Made by a program: the position numbers and the translations under genes. The notes below the pieces were generated by a model. The model saw nothing but the letters and a program-made list of their open reading frames with translations. It searched no databases and was not told where the DNA came from. From positions 19,951 to 83,950 of the forward strand of contig CAVORY010000004.1 in the NCBI GenBank assembly GCA_963698725.1: a DNA stretch of 64,000 nt, given 5' to 3'. This DNA comes from an uncultured Acidobacteriota bacterium. GTDB lineage: Bacteria > Acidobacteriota > Vicinamibacteria > Vicinamibacterales > Fen-181. The first letter of the stretch is position 1. Each line of letters starts with the position of its first letter. Positions 38,803 to 48,683 of the stretch are shown here, piece after piece.

Positions 38803-40429
38803 TCAGTGGTTGAATTCGTGGGGGACGTTCTTGTCGCTGGTATTCCGCACGAAGGTGGCCAGGCGGACGATGGCTTCGTCGGTGGCGGCGTCGATCGCCG
38901 CCTGGGGCGCGGTGAAGTTGTTGGCGATGATCGAGAAGACGAGCGGTTCGCCGTTTGCCGACGTCACGTAGCCGGACAGCGCGCGGACGTTCGCAATCGA
39001 CCCCGTCTTCGCGCGCACGTTACCGGCCGCGGCGGTGCCAGCGAACCGGCGCGCAATCGTCCCGTCCTCGCCGCCGACCGGCAACGCCGCCAGGAACGGC
39101 TCCTTGTGCCGCGGGTCGACGTGCATCTGCCGCAGGATCGCCACCAGCATCTCCGCGCAGAGGTAGTTGTACCGCGACAGCCCCGAGCCGTCGGCCAGGG
39201 CGTAGGCCTCGCGCGGGATGCCCCACGCATCGAGCACTTCCTTCACCGCCGTCCGGCCGGCGTCCGGCGTGCCCATGCCCGAGCGGCCCCCGAGGGTGCG
39301 CAGCAGCGTTTCGGCGTACTGGTTCTGGCTCGCCTTCATCAGGACGCGCGCGATCTCCCGCAGCGGCGCAGACTGGTGCGAGAGCAGCATGCGGGTCGGC
39401 TCCTCCGGCGGGACCGCGTAGGCCTCCTCGGTACTCGGCCGCGGCGCCGGCGACGCGGATGCCCCGCGCGACGAGCACCTCGCGGAGAACTCGCGCGAAA
39501 TACAGGGCGGGCCGGTCAACTGTCGCCGACCGCAAGACGTCTTTCGCGCCAGCGGGCACGGTGCCGCTTACGACCAGCCGGTTGGAGCCAGCGAGCCTGG
39601 AGACCTCGAGGTCCGCGTCACCGCCAGACGACGTCGTCACGCGCGGATCGACGATGAGGCCGCTTTCGATCGGTCGCACTTCGATGACAGCCGGCTGGCC
39701 CGCCGACATGCCTGGCTTGATCACCACATCGGCCACGCTCTCGTTGAACTGGAGCGCCGACACGCCGGCGGCATAGCCGGACCCGAGGTAGTCCCATGAC
39801 CATCCCGCACCCAGGGTGTCCTGACCGAACGCCCGGGCGTCGGCCACAATCCGGCCCGTGATCCCGTCGAGGCCAGCGGCCCGCAGCCGGTCGGCCCACT
39901 CCTCGAACACGCGGGTGGCGCTGCCGCCGCGGCCTCCGATAGTCGGATCGCCTGAGCCGACGACGACGAGATCGCCTTTCAGAATGCCGTTCACGACCGG
40001 GGCGGCCGTGACGAGCGTCGTCTCGTAGGTGTAGTCCCACCCCAGCCGTTCCGCCGCCGCGGCCAGCGTCACGACCTTCATGTTCGACGCCGGCATCATC
40101 AGCTTCGAGGCGTTCGCGCTGTACAGCGTCTCGCCGCTCTCGAGCGACTGAACCAGGACCGCCCACTGCATGCGGCCAAACGCGGGGTTTTCGAAGGTCT
40201 GGGCGAGGTCGGCGCGCAGGGCATCGATTCCAGCGCGCGAGGTCCGAACGGTGCCCGAGGAAGGCGGCGGCGGTGTCGGCAGGGGCCGCGCCCCCGTTGC
40301 CGTCGCAGGACCCGGAGGCGGAACGGTGGCCGGCGGCGTCCGCTTGACGCAGCCGCCGCCGAACGCCAGGACGCCGAGCAGAACCGCGGCGGCGAACCGC
40401 GTGGATGGGCCCTGGCTGGAGTGGGACAT
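38803..40429 (-). pseudogene. dacB: D-alanyl-D-alanine carboxypeptidase/endopeptidase (PBP4, peptidase S13) split by a net +1 frameshift
   Basis: ORF 39020..40429 carries a lipoprotein-like signal and PASNMKVVTLAAAAERLG (SxxK), and is credible down to ..VLVARGIRVAG. ORF 38803..39519 continues the family (..EEAYAVPPEEPTRMLLSHQSAPLREI..SQNQYAETLL..KTGSIANVRALSGY). The junction is about 39425-39460. Confidence 0.75.
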
Positions 40430-40457
40430 TCGTGATCCTGCCGTCCGGCCCTGCGGC

Positions 40458-40510
40458 CTGAGCCCTGAGCCTGACTGAGCCTTGAGCCCTGAGCCTTGCG
40501 CCTTGAGCCC
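40458..40510. repeat. TGAGCCN heptamer block, copy H
   Basis: Sequence is ctgagcc ctgagcc tgactgagcc ttgagcc ctgagcc ttgcgcc ttgagcc. It lies between the dacB start and the DUF4340 stop. Confidence 0.85.
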
Positions 40511-41856
40511 TACTTGATCGCCTCGAACGCCTTCAGCATCTCGTCGAACTCCGTGGCGTCGAGTTTGGCCGCCCCGGGCTGGCCCGCCATCGCCGCGTGC
40601 GCGTCGCCTCCGGCGCGCCCGAAGGTGACCGTCTCTTCCTTCTTGCCGTCGTCGAAACGGACGGCGACGATCAGGGCCGGCGCGTCGAGTCCCGTCCTGG
40701 TCTTGCCGCCAGCCTCGACGAACGACTGCGCACGCAGGTTCGTCAGCTTCGTCAGGAAGGCGTCGAACGCGGCCGCATCGACATCCTTGGCCGTTGGCTT
40801 CGCCTGGCGCCAGACCTCGGCGGCGTCCTTGCCCGGCGCCTTGATCTTCTCGAACACGATCGTGCTGGTGCCGCGCGTAATCTGAACGGACGTGGCGTTG
40901 AAGGCGCGGAACTCGAACACGTCCTTCCGCCGAAGCTGGTCGGCCGGCTTCTTCACGTCGTCGAGCAGCGTCGAATCCACCGTGAAGACCATCGGCCTCG
41001 AGGCGTCCTTCGCGTACACCGTGCTGGCGTCAGCCTTGCCGCCGATGTGGAGTGTCGCCCGCGAACTGCCGAGACCGAAAGTGACCGAGGCCACCGGCTT
41101 CTCCAGGCCGTAGGGCTTGAGGTCGCCGGCTTCCTGCGCCGTGATGGCCTTCATCTGCGCCGACTGCACCCGCCCGATCAGCCCCTCGACCGTGCCGTAG
41201 TCGGCCGGCGCCTGAATCGGCTTCGTCAGCGCCCACTGGTCGGCTCTTCGCGCGAGTTCAACCGCCGCCGCGTCGGACGTCACCGTGACCAGGTCGACCT
41301 TGTCGCGCTCGAAGGTGAGCACGCTCTTCTGCCGCAGGTCGAACGTGCCGCGGTTGAACGTGGCGTCGTGGTGGCCGGCGATCAGGAAGACCCTCTTGTC
41401 GCCGGGCAGTTTCGCGTACAGGTCGCCCGACGTCGCCGTCTTGTCGCCGATCAGCAGGCGCTGCATCGACTTGCCACCGGCCTCCTTGAAGTCGATCTCG
41501 ACCCTCGGCTCTGCCAGGCCGAACGGTGCGAGATCGGCTGCGTTCTCTTCCACAGTGCGCACGATGTCGACGGTCGCGAGGTTGGTGACGATGCCCGAAA
41601 CCTCGGCCTCGTCCGCCGGCGCCGTCACCGGCGCGGTGATCTGCCAGGTCCCGCCGGACTTCTTCAGCGTCGTCCGGTCGCCGCCGGCCGACTTCACCGT
41701 GATCTGCTCGACCGCGTCCGACTTCACCGCGGCGAAGACCTTCGGCCCGGCCGTCGCGGCGCCTCCCTCCGGCTTCTTCGACTCGACGAAGTAGATGTAC
41801 GCCGCCAGGCCCGCCAGCACCGCCGACAGGACGATCAGGGATTTGAATCCGCGCAT
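40510..41856 (-). CDS. DUF4340 domain-containing protein (accessory to GldG-like ABC system)
   Basis: 448 aa with an N-terminal TM (LIVLSAVLAGLAAYIYFV) and repeated beta-rich modules. It sits immediately downstream of the GldG-like gene (stop/start adjacent), a typical DUF4340 context. Confidence 0.7.
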   Translation of the reverse strand: MRGFKSLIVLSAVLAGLAAYIYFVESKKPEGGAATAGPKVFAAVKSDAVEQITVKSAGGDRTTLKKSGGTWQITAPVTAPADEAEVSGIVTNLATVDIVRTVEENAADLAPFGLAEPRVEIDFKEAGGKSMQRLLIGDKTATSGDLYAKLPGDKRVFLIAGHHDATFNRGTFDLRQKSVLTFERDKVDLVTVTSDAAAVELARRADQWALTKPIQAPADYGTVEGLIGRVQSAQMKAITAQEAGDLKPYGLEKPVASVTFGLGSSRATLHIGGKADASTVYAKDASRPMVFTVDSTLLDDVKKPADQLRRKDVFEFRAFNATSVQITRGTSTIVFEKIKAPGKDAAEVWRQAKPTAKDVDAAAFDAFLTKLTNLRAQSFVEAGGKTRTGLDAPALIVAVRFDDGKKEETVTFGRAGGDAHAAMAGQPGAAKLDATEFDEMLKAFEAIK

Positions 41857-43454
41857 CTACCGCCTCCGCCACCACGCGTAGACGCCGCTGCCGAAGACGA
41901 GCACCGGAACGACGAGCAGCGCCAGAATCAGCACGCGCAGCTGCTGGTTGGCGGTCATCGTCACGCGGCGGTCGTCGGCTTCCTTCGGCCGGATCGCGAT
42001 CAGGTTCTCCTGCTGCGCGAGCCAGCTGACGGCGTTCATGAACAGATCGCGGTTGCCGCTGATGCCGAGCGCCGCGGTCGACGCGAAATCCGAGTCGCCG
42101 AACACGACCACCCGAGCCTCGGGCTTCGGGGCGTCCTCGGCCGGCTTCTCCTGTACCCGGCTTGTCCCCGGCCGCCGGGGCGTCGACCGGTGCCGACGCA
42201 GCGGCCGCAATCGCGACCGGTCCTCGCTTGTCGCCCTTGGCCTCGTCGAGGCCCACCTTCCCGCCGGCGAGCACGGTCTTCACGTCGGTTTCCGCCCAAC
42301 TCTGAGCGCTGGTCTCGACAAACGCCTGAGCGGAGTGGCCGCCGACGCCGCCCGACACCACCGACACCGATCGCGCCAGCGGATAGGCGGTCAGCAGGTC
42401 CATGTCCTGGACGATCGGGTGCGACGGGTAGTTCACCGCCACCGGCACCGTCGCGTCGGTGCCGAGCAGGCGGCCCATGCCGCTCACGTCGACGACGACG
42501 TTGTTGCCGAGGTCGATCGCCCACTCGTGAGCAAGCGCCGTCAGGTTGGCCAGCGACGGATCATCGGCCTTCTCCGGGGGATCCATGAGCAGCATCAGCT
42601 TGCCGCCCTTGGCGAGGTACGCCTTCAACGCGTCGATTTCGCCCGGCAGAAAATCGGCCTTCGGGCCGGCAACCACGACGACGGAGGCGTCGTCCGGCAC
42701 GGCGGCCTGCTGGGCGAGCGGCAGGCGCTCGACCTTGTAGTTGTCGCGCGCCAGCTGCCCGGCGATGCCGCTGTAGCCCGTCCGCTCGGTGCCGGACGTG
42801 TCCTTCTCGCCGTGGCCCTGCGTGAAGTAGACCTTGCGCTCCTTGCCCGTGACGACCTTGATGATGCCGTTGGTCAGGTCCTGCTCGGAACTGCCCACGA
42901 CCCGCTCGATCTTGTCCTTGTATTCGATGGCGACCGTGCCGTAGGCCTGGATCTGCTTCTGCTTCGCCAGCGCCGGTTTCTTGTCGGGATCCACGTACTC
43001 GACCGAGACCTTCTTCGAGACGTACTCGTATTCGCCGAGCCGTTCGCGGTAGGTCTGCAACTCGGTCTCTTTCGCGAACGCCGTCAGTTTCAGCGGGGCG
43101 TCCAGGCTCTGGAGCACCTTGGTCGACTGCGGCGACAAGGTGAACTGGCTCGTCGCGGTCAGGTCCCAGCGCTTGTGCTCGCGCGACGAGATGTAGTTGA
43201 GCGCGGCCAGGATCCCGAGGACCACGATGACCGAGGCCGCCGAGATCGTGCCGAGGCGCGCCGATCGCCCGGCGAACAGCCGCGCCATCTCGCGCCACTG
43301 GCCGAGGGTGTAGAGCAGGACGCAGACCAGCCCCCCCCACGCCAGCCAACGCGATGTACGGCTGCCATTCGGGCTTGAGGAAGAACACGGCGACCGCGGC
43401 CAGTACGAGCGCGGTTCCCAGCCACCCGATCGCGTCAAAGGCTCGTTTCAGCAT
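41857..43454 (-). pseudogene. GldG-like ABC-transport auxiliary component, interrupted by two net +1 frameshifts
   Basis: The gene sits in three frames. 43454-about 43335 gives MLKRAFDAIGWLGTALVLAAVAVFFLKPEWQPYIALAGVGG. About 43335-42160 gives LVCVLLYTLGQWRE..VYFTQGHGE..KLMLLMDPP... About 42160-41857 gives QEKPAEDAPKPEARVVVFGDSDFAS...C-terminal TM. The first shift falls at a C8 run (43331-43338). Confidence 0.7.
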
Positions 43455-43458
43455 CGCC

Positions 43459-44223
43459 CTACCCCCGCCACCGTTCGCTGTCGACCGCCTTGGCCGTCAG
43501 GAACAGACCGAAGGTGATGAAGCTCAGGTAGTAGACAACATGCTGGCTGTCGATGACGCCCCGCAGGAAGTCGTCGACATGGCTCGTCAGCGAGAGATAA
43601 CCCGTGAGCCGCTCGACCGTCGGCCCGGAGAAGTTTCCGATCCACCCGATGACCCAGAGCAGCAGCAGGACGACGAACGTGAACATCCCGGCGACGATCT
43701 GGTTCTTCGTCAGGCTCGAGAAGAACAGGCCGACCGACACGAAACAGCCGCCGAGCAGCACCAGGCCCAGGTATCCGGTCAGGATCGGCTTCCACTCGGG
43801 GTTGCCGTAGGCGAACAGCACCCCGATGTGAATCAGCGTGACGCCCAGCATCGCCCCGTAGAGCGACATGGCGCCCAGGAACTTCCCGATCACGATCTGG
43901 AAGTCCGTGATCGGCGACGTCATCAGCAGCTCGATCGTGCCCGACCGCTTCTCCTCGGCATACGCCCGCATCGTGATGAGCGGCACCACGAACAGGAAGA
44001 TGACCATCGAATTGTCGAAGACGCCGCGAATCATCTGCTGGTTGACGTTCATCGGGCCGCCGCCCATCTGCGGCCCCTGCATGCTCTGCCGGAGGAACCA
44101 GCTGAGGTAGACCGTGTAGAAGTAGCCGAAGACCAGCGCGTACATGCCGATCACGACGTAACCGACTGGCGACGCGAAGTACCCTCTCCACTCCTTGCGC
44201 ACAATCGCGAGGATGTTCGTCAT
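43459..44223 (-). CDS. ABC-2 type transporter permease (GldF-like)
   Basis: 254 aa with six predicted TM segments. Motif: RAYAEEKRSGTIELLMTSPIT, typical of ABC-2/GldF permeases. Confidence 0.8.
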   Translation of the reverse strand: MTNILAIVRKEWRGYFASPVGYVVIGMYALVFGYFYTVYLSWFLRQSMQGPQMGGGPMNVNQQMIRGVFDNSMVIFLFVVPLITMRAYAEEKRSGTIELLMTSPITDFQIVIGKFLGAMSLYGAMLGVTLIHIGVLFAYGNPEWKPILTGYLGLVLLGGCFVSVGLFFSSLTKNQIVAGMFTFVVLLLLWVIGWIGNFSGPTVERLTGYLSLTSHVDDFLRGVIDSQHVVYYLSFITFGLFLTAKAVDSERWRG

Positions 44224-45176
44224 TGGATGGTCGCCTCCCCGGTCTGCTCCTCAGTTGTCAGCTGCAGGAAGATGTCCTCCAGGCTCACATGGACCGGCCG
44301 CAGTTCCAGCAAGCCCCAGCCCGCCGTCACCACCGCGCGTGCGATGTCGCGGCGCAAGTCCCGTCCTGCTTCGCACTCCACCTCGTAGCCCACCACGCCG
44401 TCCAGCCGATCGACCTCGGTGACGCGAGTGGTGCCCGCGATCCGTTGCAGCGCATCGGCGGGGGCGTCGGCGCCGCCGTCCACCTGCACGTACATCGCAT
44501 GGGCGCCGCCCAGGCGCCGGGTCAGGTTGGCGGGGGAATCGACCGCGACGACGCGGCCGCGGTTGATGATGACCACGCGCTGGCACGTCTGCGAGACCTC
44601 GGGGAGGATGTGCGTGCTCAGCACCACCGTGTGATCGCCCGCCAGCGCCTTGATCAGCTCGCGGGTCTCGATGATCTGCTTCGGGTCGAGGCCCGCGGTG
44701 GGCTCGTCGAGGATGAGCACATCCGGATTGTGGAGCAGCGCCTGCGCGAGGCCCACCCGCTGGCGGTAGCCCTTCGAGAGCTTGCCGCAGGGTCGGGCGG
44801 CCATGTCGGTCACGCGCGCCTTCTCCATGGACGTGTCCACGCGACCCTTGCGCTCGCCCGAGGGGACGCCCTTGATCCGCGCGACGAACTCCAGGTACTC
44901 GCGGACGGCCATCTCGGGGTAGAGCGGCGGCGTCTCGGGCAGGTAGCCGGTCCGGCGCTTGGCTTCGAGCGGCTGCTCGAACACGTCGAAGCCCGCCACA
45001 ATCGCGCGCCCGGACGTCGCGGGCATGTACCCGGTCAGCACGCGCATCGTGGTGGTCTTTCCGGCCCCGTTCGGGCCGAGGAATCCGAGGATCTCTCCCC
45101 GTTCGACCCGGAACGTCACGTCGTCCACGGCCGTCACCCGGCCGTATCGTTTCGTCAGGTGTTGGACCTCGATCAC
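44220..45176 (-). CDS. ABC transporter ATP-binding protein (GldA-like)
   Basis: ORF 44220..45563 trimmed to GTG (comp. 45174-45176), which is preceded by GGAG. Motifs: GPNGAGKTTT (Walker A), LSKGYRQRVGLAQAL (signature), LILDEPTAGLD (Walker B). Confidence 0.85.
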   Translation of the reverse strand: MIEVQHLTKRYGRVTAVDDVTFRVERGEILGFLGPNGAGKTTTMRVLTGYMPATSGRAIVAGFDVFEQPLEAKRRTGYLPETPPLYPEMAVREYLEFVARIKGVPSGERKGRVDTSMEKARVTDMAARPCGKLSKGYRQRVGLAQALLHNPDVLILDEPTAGLDPKQIIETRELIKALAGDHTVVLSTHILPEVSQTCQRVVIINRGRVVAVDSPANLTRRLGGAHAMYVQVDGGADAPADALQRIAGTTRVTEVDRLDGVVGYEVECEAGRDLRRDIARAVVTAGWGLLELRPVHVSLEDIFLQLTTEEQTGEATIQ

Positions 45177-45372
45177 TCTAGTGCTCCATTCTCGCGGACC
45201 CGAACCCCCATGGTAGTCGAAGCCTTGGATGGGCGGCAAGACCGCGCGCGCCCCGCGCCGGCTGGCCGGGGCTGCGCGGGCCGCCGGGGCGGGGTAGGAT
45301 AGAGAGCGAACCAGCTGTTCAGACGCGCCGACCGCCTGTCCGGTCTGCCGCCGGCGGGCGGACGCGGCGCAC

Positions 45373-47556
45373 ATGGGAGCCACGATGTCCGCCGGTGCCG
45401 ACGGCGCCGTCTGCACGGTGTGCGAGCTGCACACGGTGTCGCGTTTTCGGATCGAGGGAATGGACTGCCAGGACGAAGTCCGCCTCCTCGAACGGCGGCT
45501 CGGGCGGCTGCCCGGCTTCGAGGGGCTTTCCGCCGACATTCTCAACCAGCGCATCAGCGTCACGCACGACGCCGCGCGGCTTCAGGCAGGGGGCGTCGCC
45601 GAGGCCGTGAACGCGACGGGCATGCGGGCCTGGCTCGAACACGAGGGGCCAGCGCCTGCGGGTAGCGGGGCCGCGGCGAACCAGGTGCGGGTGGTCGTGT
45701 TCTCGGGCGTGGCGTTCGCGGCTGGCATGCTGCTGGAAGCATCAGACGCGGGTCGCGTCGCCGCCCTCACCGCCTACGCCGTGTCGATCGCGGCCGGAGG
45801 CGTGCAGACGACCCGCCGAGCCTGGTCGGCCGCGCGCCTATTCTCGCTCGACATGAACGTCCTGATGCTCGTGGCCGTGTGTGGAGCCGTGGCCATCGGG
45901 CAGTGGTCGGAGGCCGCGGCGGTCATCTTCCTGTTCGCTCTCGCCCAGTACCTCGAGAGCCGCAGCATGGGCCGCGCACGGCACGCCATCAGAGCCCTGA
46001 TGGAGCTGGCGCCGGCCCAGGCGCAGGTGCGCCGGGACGGCCGCGAGCTCACCATTCCCGCGGAGGCCCTGGTGCTCGGCGACACGATTATCGTCAGGCC
46101 CGGCGAGAAGATACCGATCGACGGACGGATCACGGATGGGACCAGCGACATCAACCAGGCGCCGATCACCGGCGAGGCTCTCCCGGTCGACAAGCAGGCG
46201 GGTGACGAGGTGTTCGCCGGGACGATCAACGGGCATGGCGCGCTCCTCATCGAGGTGACCCGGGTCCGGCATGACACGACGATGGCGCGGATCATCAGCC
46301 TGGTGGAGACGGCGCAGGCCCGTCGGGCTCCCGCACAGGCCTTCGTCGACCGTTTCGCCCGCTACTACACCCCATCCGTCATCGCCGTCGCCGCCGCCGT
46401 GGCGGTGGTGCCGCCGCTGGCGTTCGGCAGGCCGTTCGGCGACTGGTTCTACCGGGCGCTCGTCCTGCTGGTGATTTCGTGTCCGTGCGCGCTCGTCATC
46501 TCGACACCGGTATCAGTCGTGTCCGCGCTGGCGGGAGCGGCTCGCCGGGGCCTGCTGATCAAGGGGGGCGTCCATCTCGAGCGCGCGGCCGCGGTGCGCG
46601 TGGTCGCGTTCGACAAGACCGGCACGCTGACCCTCGGGCGGCCCGAGGTCGTTGAGACGGTCGGGTTCGATGGGATCGAACCCGCCGAGGTGCGGCGCGT
46701 GGCGGCCGCGATCGAAGCCAGGTCGGAACACCCGATCGCGCGGGCAATCATCCGCGGCTCCGCCGGTGACGGCACCGCGCTTCCGGCAGGCGAGGGGTTT
46801 CGCGCCTTGCCGGGCCTTGGGGCGGAAGCGACGGTGGACGGCCAGCCGGTGGTCGTCGGCAACCACCGGCTCTTCGAAGAGCGCGGCCTGTGCTCGCCTG
46901 CCATCGACCGTCAGCTGGAGGCGATGGGGCAGGCGGGCCGGACGGCGGTTCTCGTCGCGCGTGCGGGGACGACGCTCGGGATGGTTGGCGTGGCCGACCG
47001 GACGCGCGAGATGGCACGCGCGGCTGTCGACCAACTGCGGCGCGCCGGCGTGGCGCACGTCGTGATGCTGACCGGCGACAACGAGCAGACGGCCGCCGCC
47101 ATCGCGTCGCACCTCGGGATCGCCGAATGGCGCTCGGAGCTGCTGCCGGCCGACAAGGTGGCGGCGATCGAGGACCTGAAGCGCCGTTTCGGGGCGGTCG
47201 CGATGGTCGGCGACGGCGTGAACGACGCCCCCGCGCTGGCGGCTGCCGACATCGGCATCGCCATGGGGGCTGCCGGCACCGATGCGGCGCTCGAGACCGC
47301 CGATGTCGCGCTGATGTCCGACGACCTGATGGCCGTGCCCGGCTTCTTCCGCCTCGGGCGGGCGACGGTCCTGAACATTCGGGCGAACGTCGCTGTCGCG
47401 CTCGGGCTCAAGGCCGCGTTCCTGGCTCTTGCGGTGGCGGGCGTTGCGACGCTGTGGATGGCCGTGGCCGCTGACATGGGCGCGTCGCTGCTCGTCATCG
47501 CCAACGGCCTTCGCCTGCTCCGGCCCGACAGCAGCGTTTCTGGTTCCAGACCCTGA
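45373..47556 (+). CDS. Heavy-metal translocating P1B-type ATPase (Zn/Cd/Pb-like subtype)
   Basis: An HMA-like domain (FRIEGMDCQDEV), SCPCALVISTP (CPC), DKTGTLT and GDGVNDAPAL. The Lys in ALGLKAAF and Asp in ADMGAS resemble ZntA-type TM5/TM6 residues. Confidence 0.85.
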   Translation: MGATMSAGADGAVCTVCELHTVSRFRIEGMDCQDEVRLLERRLGRLPGFEGLSADILNQRISVTHDAARLQAGGVAEAVNATGMRAWLEHEGPAPAGSGAAANQVRVVVFSGVAFAAGMLLEASDAGRVAALTAYAVSIAAGGVQTTRRAWSAARLFSLDMNVLMLVAVCGAVAIGQWSEAAAVIFLFALAQYLESRSMGRARHAIRALMELAPAQAQVRRDGRELTIPAEALVLGDTIIVRPGEKIPIDGRITDGTSDINQAPITGEALPVDKQAGDEVFAGTINGHGALLIEVTRVRHDTTMARIISLVETAQARRAPAQAFVDRFARYYTPSVIAVAAAVAVVPPLAFGRPFGDWFYRALVLLVISCPCALVISTPVSVVSALAGAARRGLLIKGGVHLERAAAVRVVAFDKTGTLTLGRPEVVETVGFDGIEPAEVRRVAAAIEARSEHPIARAIIRGSAGDGTALPAGEGFRALPGLGAEATVDGQPVVVGNHRLFEERGLCSPAIDRQLEAMGQAGRTAVLVARAGTTLGMVGVADRTREMARAAVDQLRRAGVAHVVMLTGDNEQTAAAIASHLGIAEWRSELLPADKVAAIEDLKRRFGAVAMVGDGVNDAPALAAADIGIAMGAAGTDAALETADVALMSDDLMAVPGFFRLGRATVLNIRANVAVALGLKAAFLALAVAGVATLWMAVAADMGASLLVIANGLRLLRPDSSVSGSRP

Positions 47557-47642
47557 ACGCGTTTCGGTTGACGACCGGGACGGCGACTCGGCCGCGGCTC
47601 GGCCCCCCGCTCCGCAAAGACGCCAAAGGCCTTGCTTCGGGG

Positions 47643-47662
47643 AGGACCCTTCACCGGGTCCT
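47643..47662. terminator. Hairpin between convergent ATPase and REC-PilZ genes (possible bidirectional terminator)
   Basis: aggaccc-ttcacc-gggtcct is a 7-bp stem followed by ttcc. It lies about 87 nt from both stop codons. Confidence 0.3.
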
Positions 47663-47749
47663 TTCCGTCATCGTCAATTCAACCGGACTCTGGGAGTAGC
47701 AAGGCGGGCGTGGTCGCCGGACGTGCTTGGCGGTCCGAGGCCCGCCTCG

Positions 47750-48466
47750 CTAGACCTCGGGCACGAAGAAGTGGCCGTCCACGAACTCGGCGACAGCCCC
47801 GTGATCGGCCGCCTCGAGTCTCTGGAACTCGAGTCCCATGCCGATGCGATGGTCGCACCAGGTGACTGCGGCCTCGGCCTCGATCTCGCGCTTGGCGCCC
47901 GGCAGGCAGAACCGAAGCCTGACCTGCGAACCGGTCGGGAGCGGGCTCATCGTGCGCACGCTCATGCCGCCCTTGCCGAGATTGAGCGTGAGCGCGGCCG
48001 TGATGGTGTCGCCGAACCGGTAGGCCACCGGGATGCCGAGCACGACCCGCGGGCTGGAGCGGCGGTTGAAGCTGTCGGGAAACAGGTGTGGCGCGAGCGA
48101 CGGCATGATGTGCTGCGCCGCACTGTATTCGTTGATGTAGCCGGCGACGCCGAGCGACGCCAGCTCCCGAACCTCTTCCGCGCTGCTGATCGTCCCGGAG
48201 AAGACGAGGATCGGCAGGCGGCCGCCGTCGAGTGCGCGGACGGCGCGCAGCAGCTCGATCCCGGACGCGAACGGAAGCCGCAGGTCGAGCACGAGGAGAT
48301 CGATCTCGGCGAGGTCCGCCGTCACGCGATCCAGCAGCTCCGCCGCGCTCGTCGCGACCACGGCCCGATGCCCCGCATCCTCGACCGCGGTTTGAAACCG
48401 CTCCCGCACGAATGTCGCGTCGTCCGCGATCAGGACGGTCTTGCTGGCGGCGGTTCCGGCGGTCAT
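47750..48466 (-). CDS. Response-regulator receiver domain fused to a PilZ (c-di-GMP binding) domain
   Basis: VLIADDATFVRE...LLVLDLRLP (phospho-acceptor Asp context) is followed by NRRSSPR (RxxxR) and LNLGKGGMSV (D/NxSxxG), the two PilZ motifs. Confidence 0.75.
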   Translation of the reverse strand: MTAGTAASKTVLIADDATFVRERFQTAVEDAGHRAVVATSAAELLDRVTADLAEIDLLVLDLRLPFASGIELLRAVRALDGGRLPILVFSGTISSAEEVRELASLGVAGYINEYSAAQHIMPSLAPHLFPDSFNRRSSPRVVLGIPVAYRFGDTITAALTLNLGKGGMSVRTMSPLPTGSQVRLRFCLPGAKREIEAEAAVTWCDHRIGMGLEFQRLEAADHGAVAEFVDGHFFVPEV

Positions 48467-48553
48467 CGTTCCGTTGTATCGGAAGGGAACGCGTGGGACG
48501 TTAGAGCTGGCCCGGCCGCGCCGCGGACAGACGAACGGCGCGTCGCTCCGCGA

Positions 48554-48583
48554 TTGCGGACGGCGATCGAATCCCGCTATAAT
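48554..48583 (+). promoter_or_regulatory. Candidate sigma-70 promoter upstream of the LysW-like gene
   Basis: TTGCGG (48554-48559), an 18-nt spacer, then TATAAT (48578-48583), about 100 nt upstream of ATG 48684. Identified by eye only. Confidence 0.3.
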
Positions 48584-48683
48584 CCGACACCCTCTTGACG
48601 AATCAACCGGACGCGAGCGATCGTGTCATGTCAGGCGGGCAAGTTGGTTCCGCCGCGGGAAACGACCTCCAGGAGGGTGGGGT

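Noticed and set aside
48441-48683. N-terminal 81 codons of ORF 48441..48911 fused to the LysW-like domain
   Set aside because: The upstream part overlaps the REC-PilZ gene on the opposite strand and the divergent promoter region, and it is Arg-rich. A strong AGGAGGG SD precedes the internal ATG 48684, which yields a canonical-size LysW fold.
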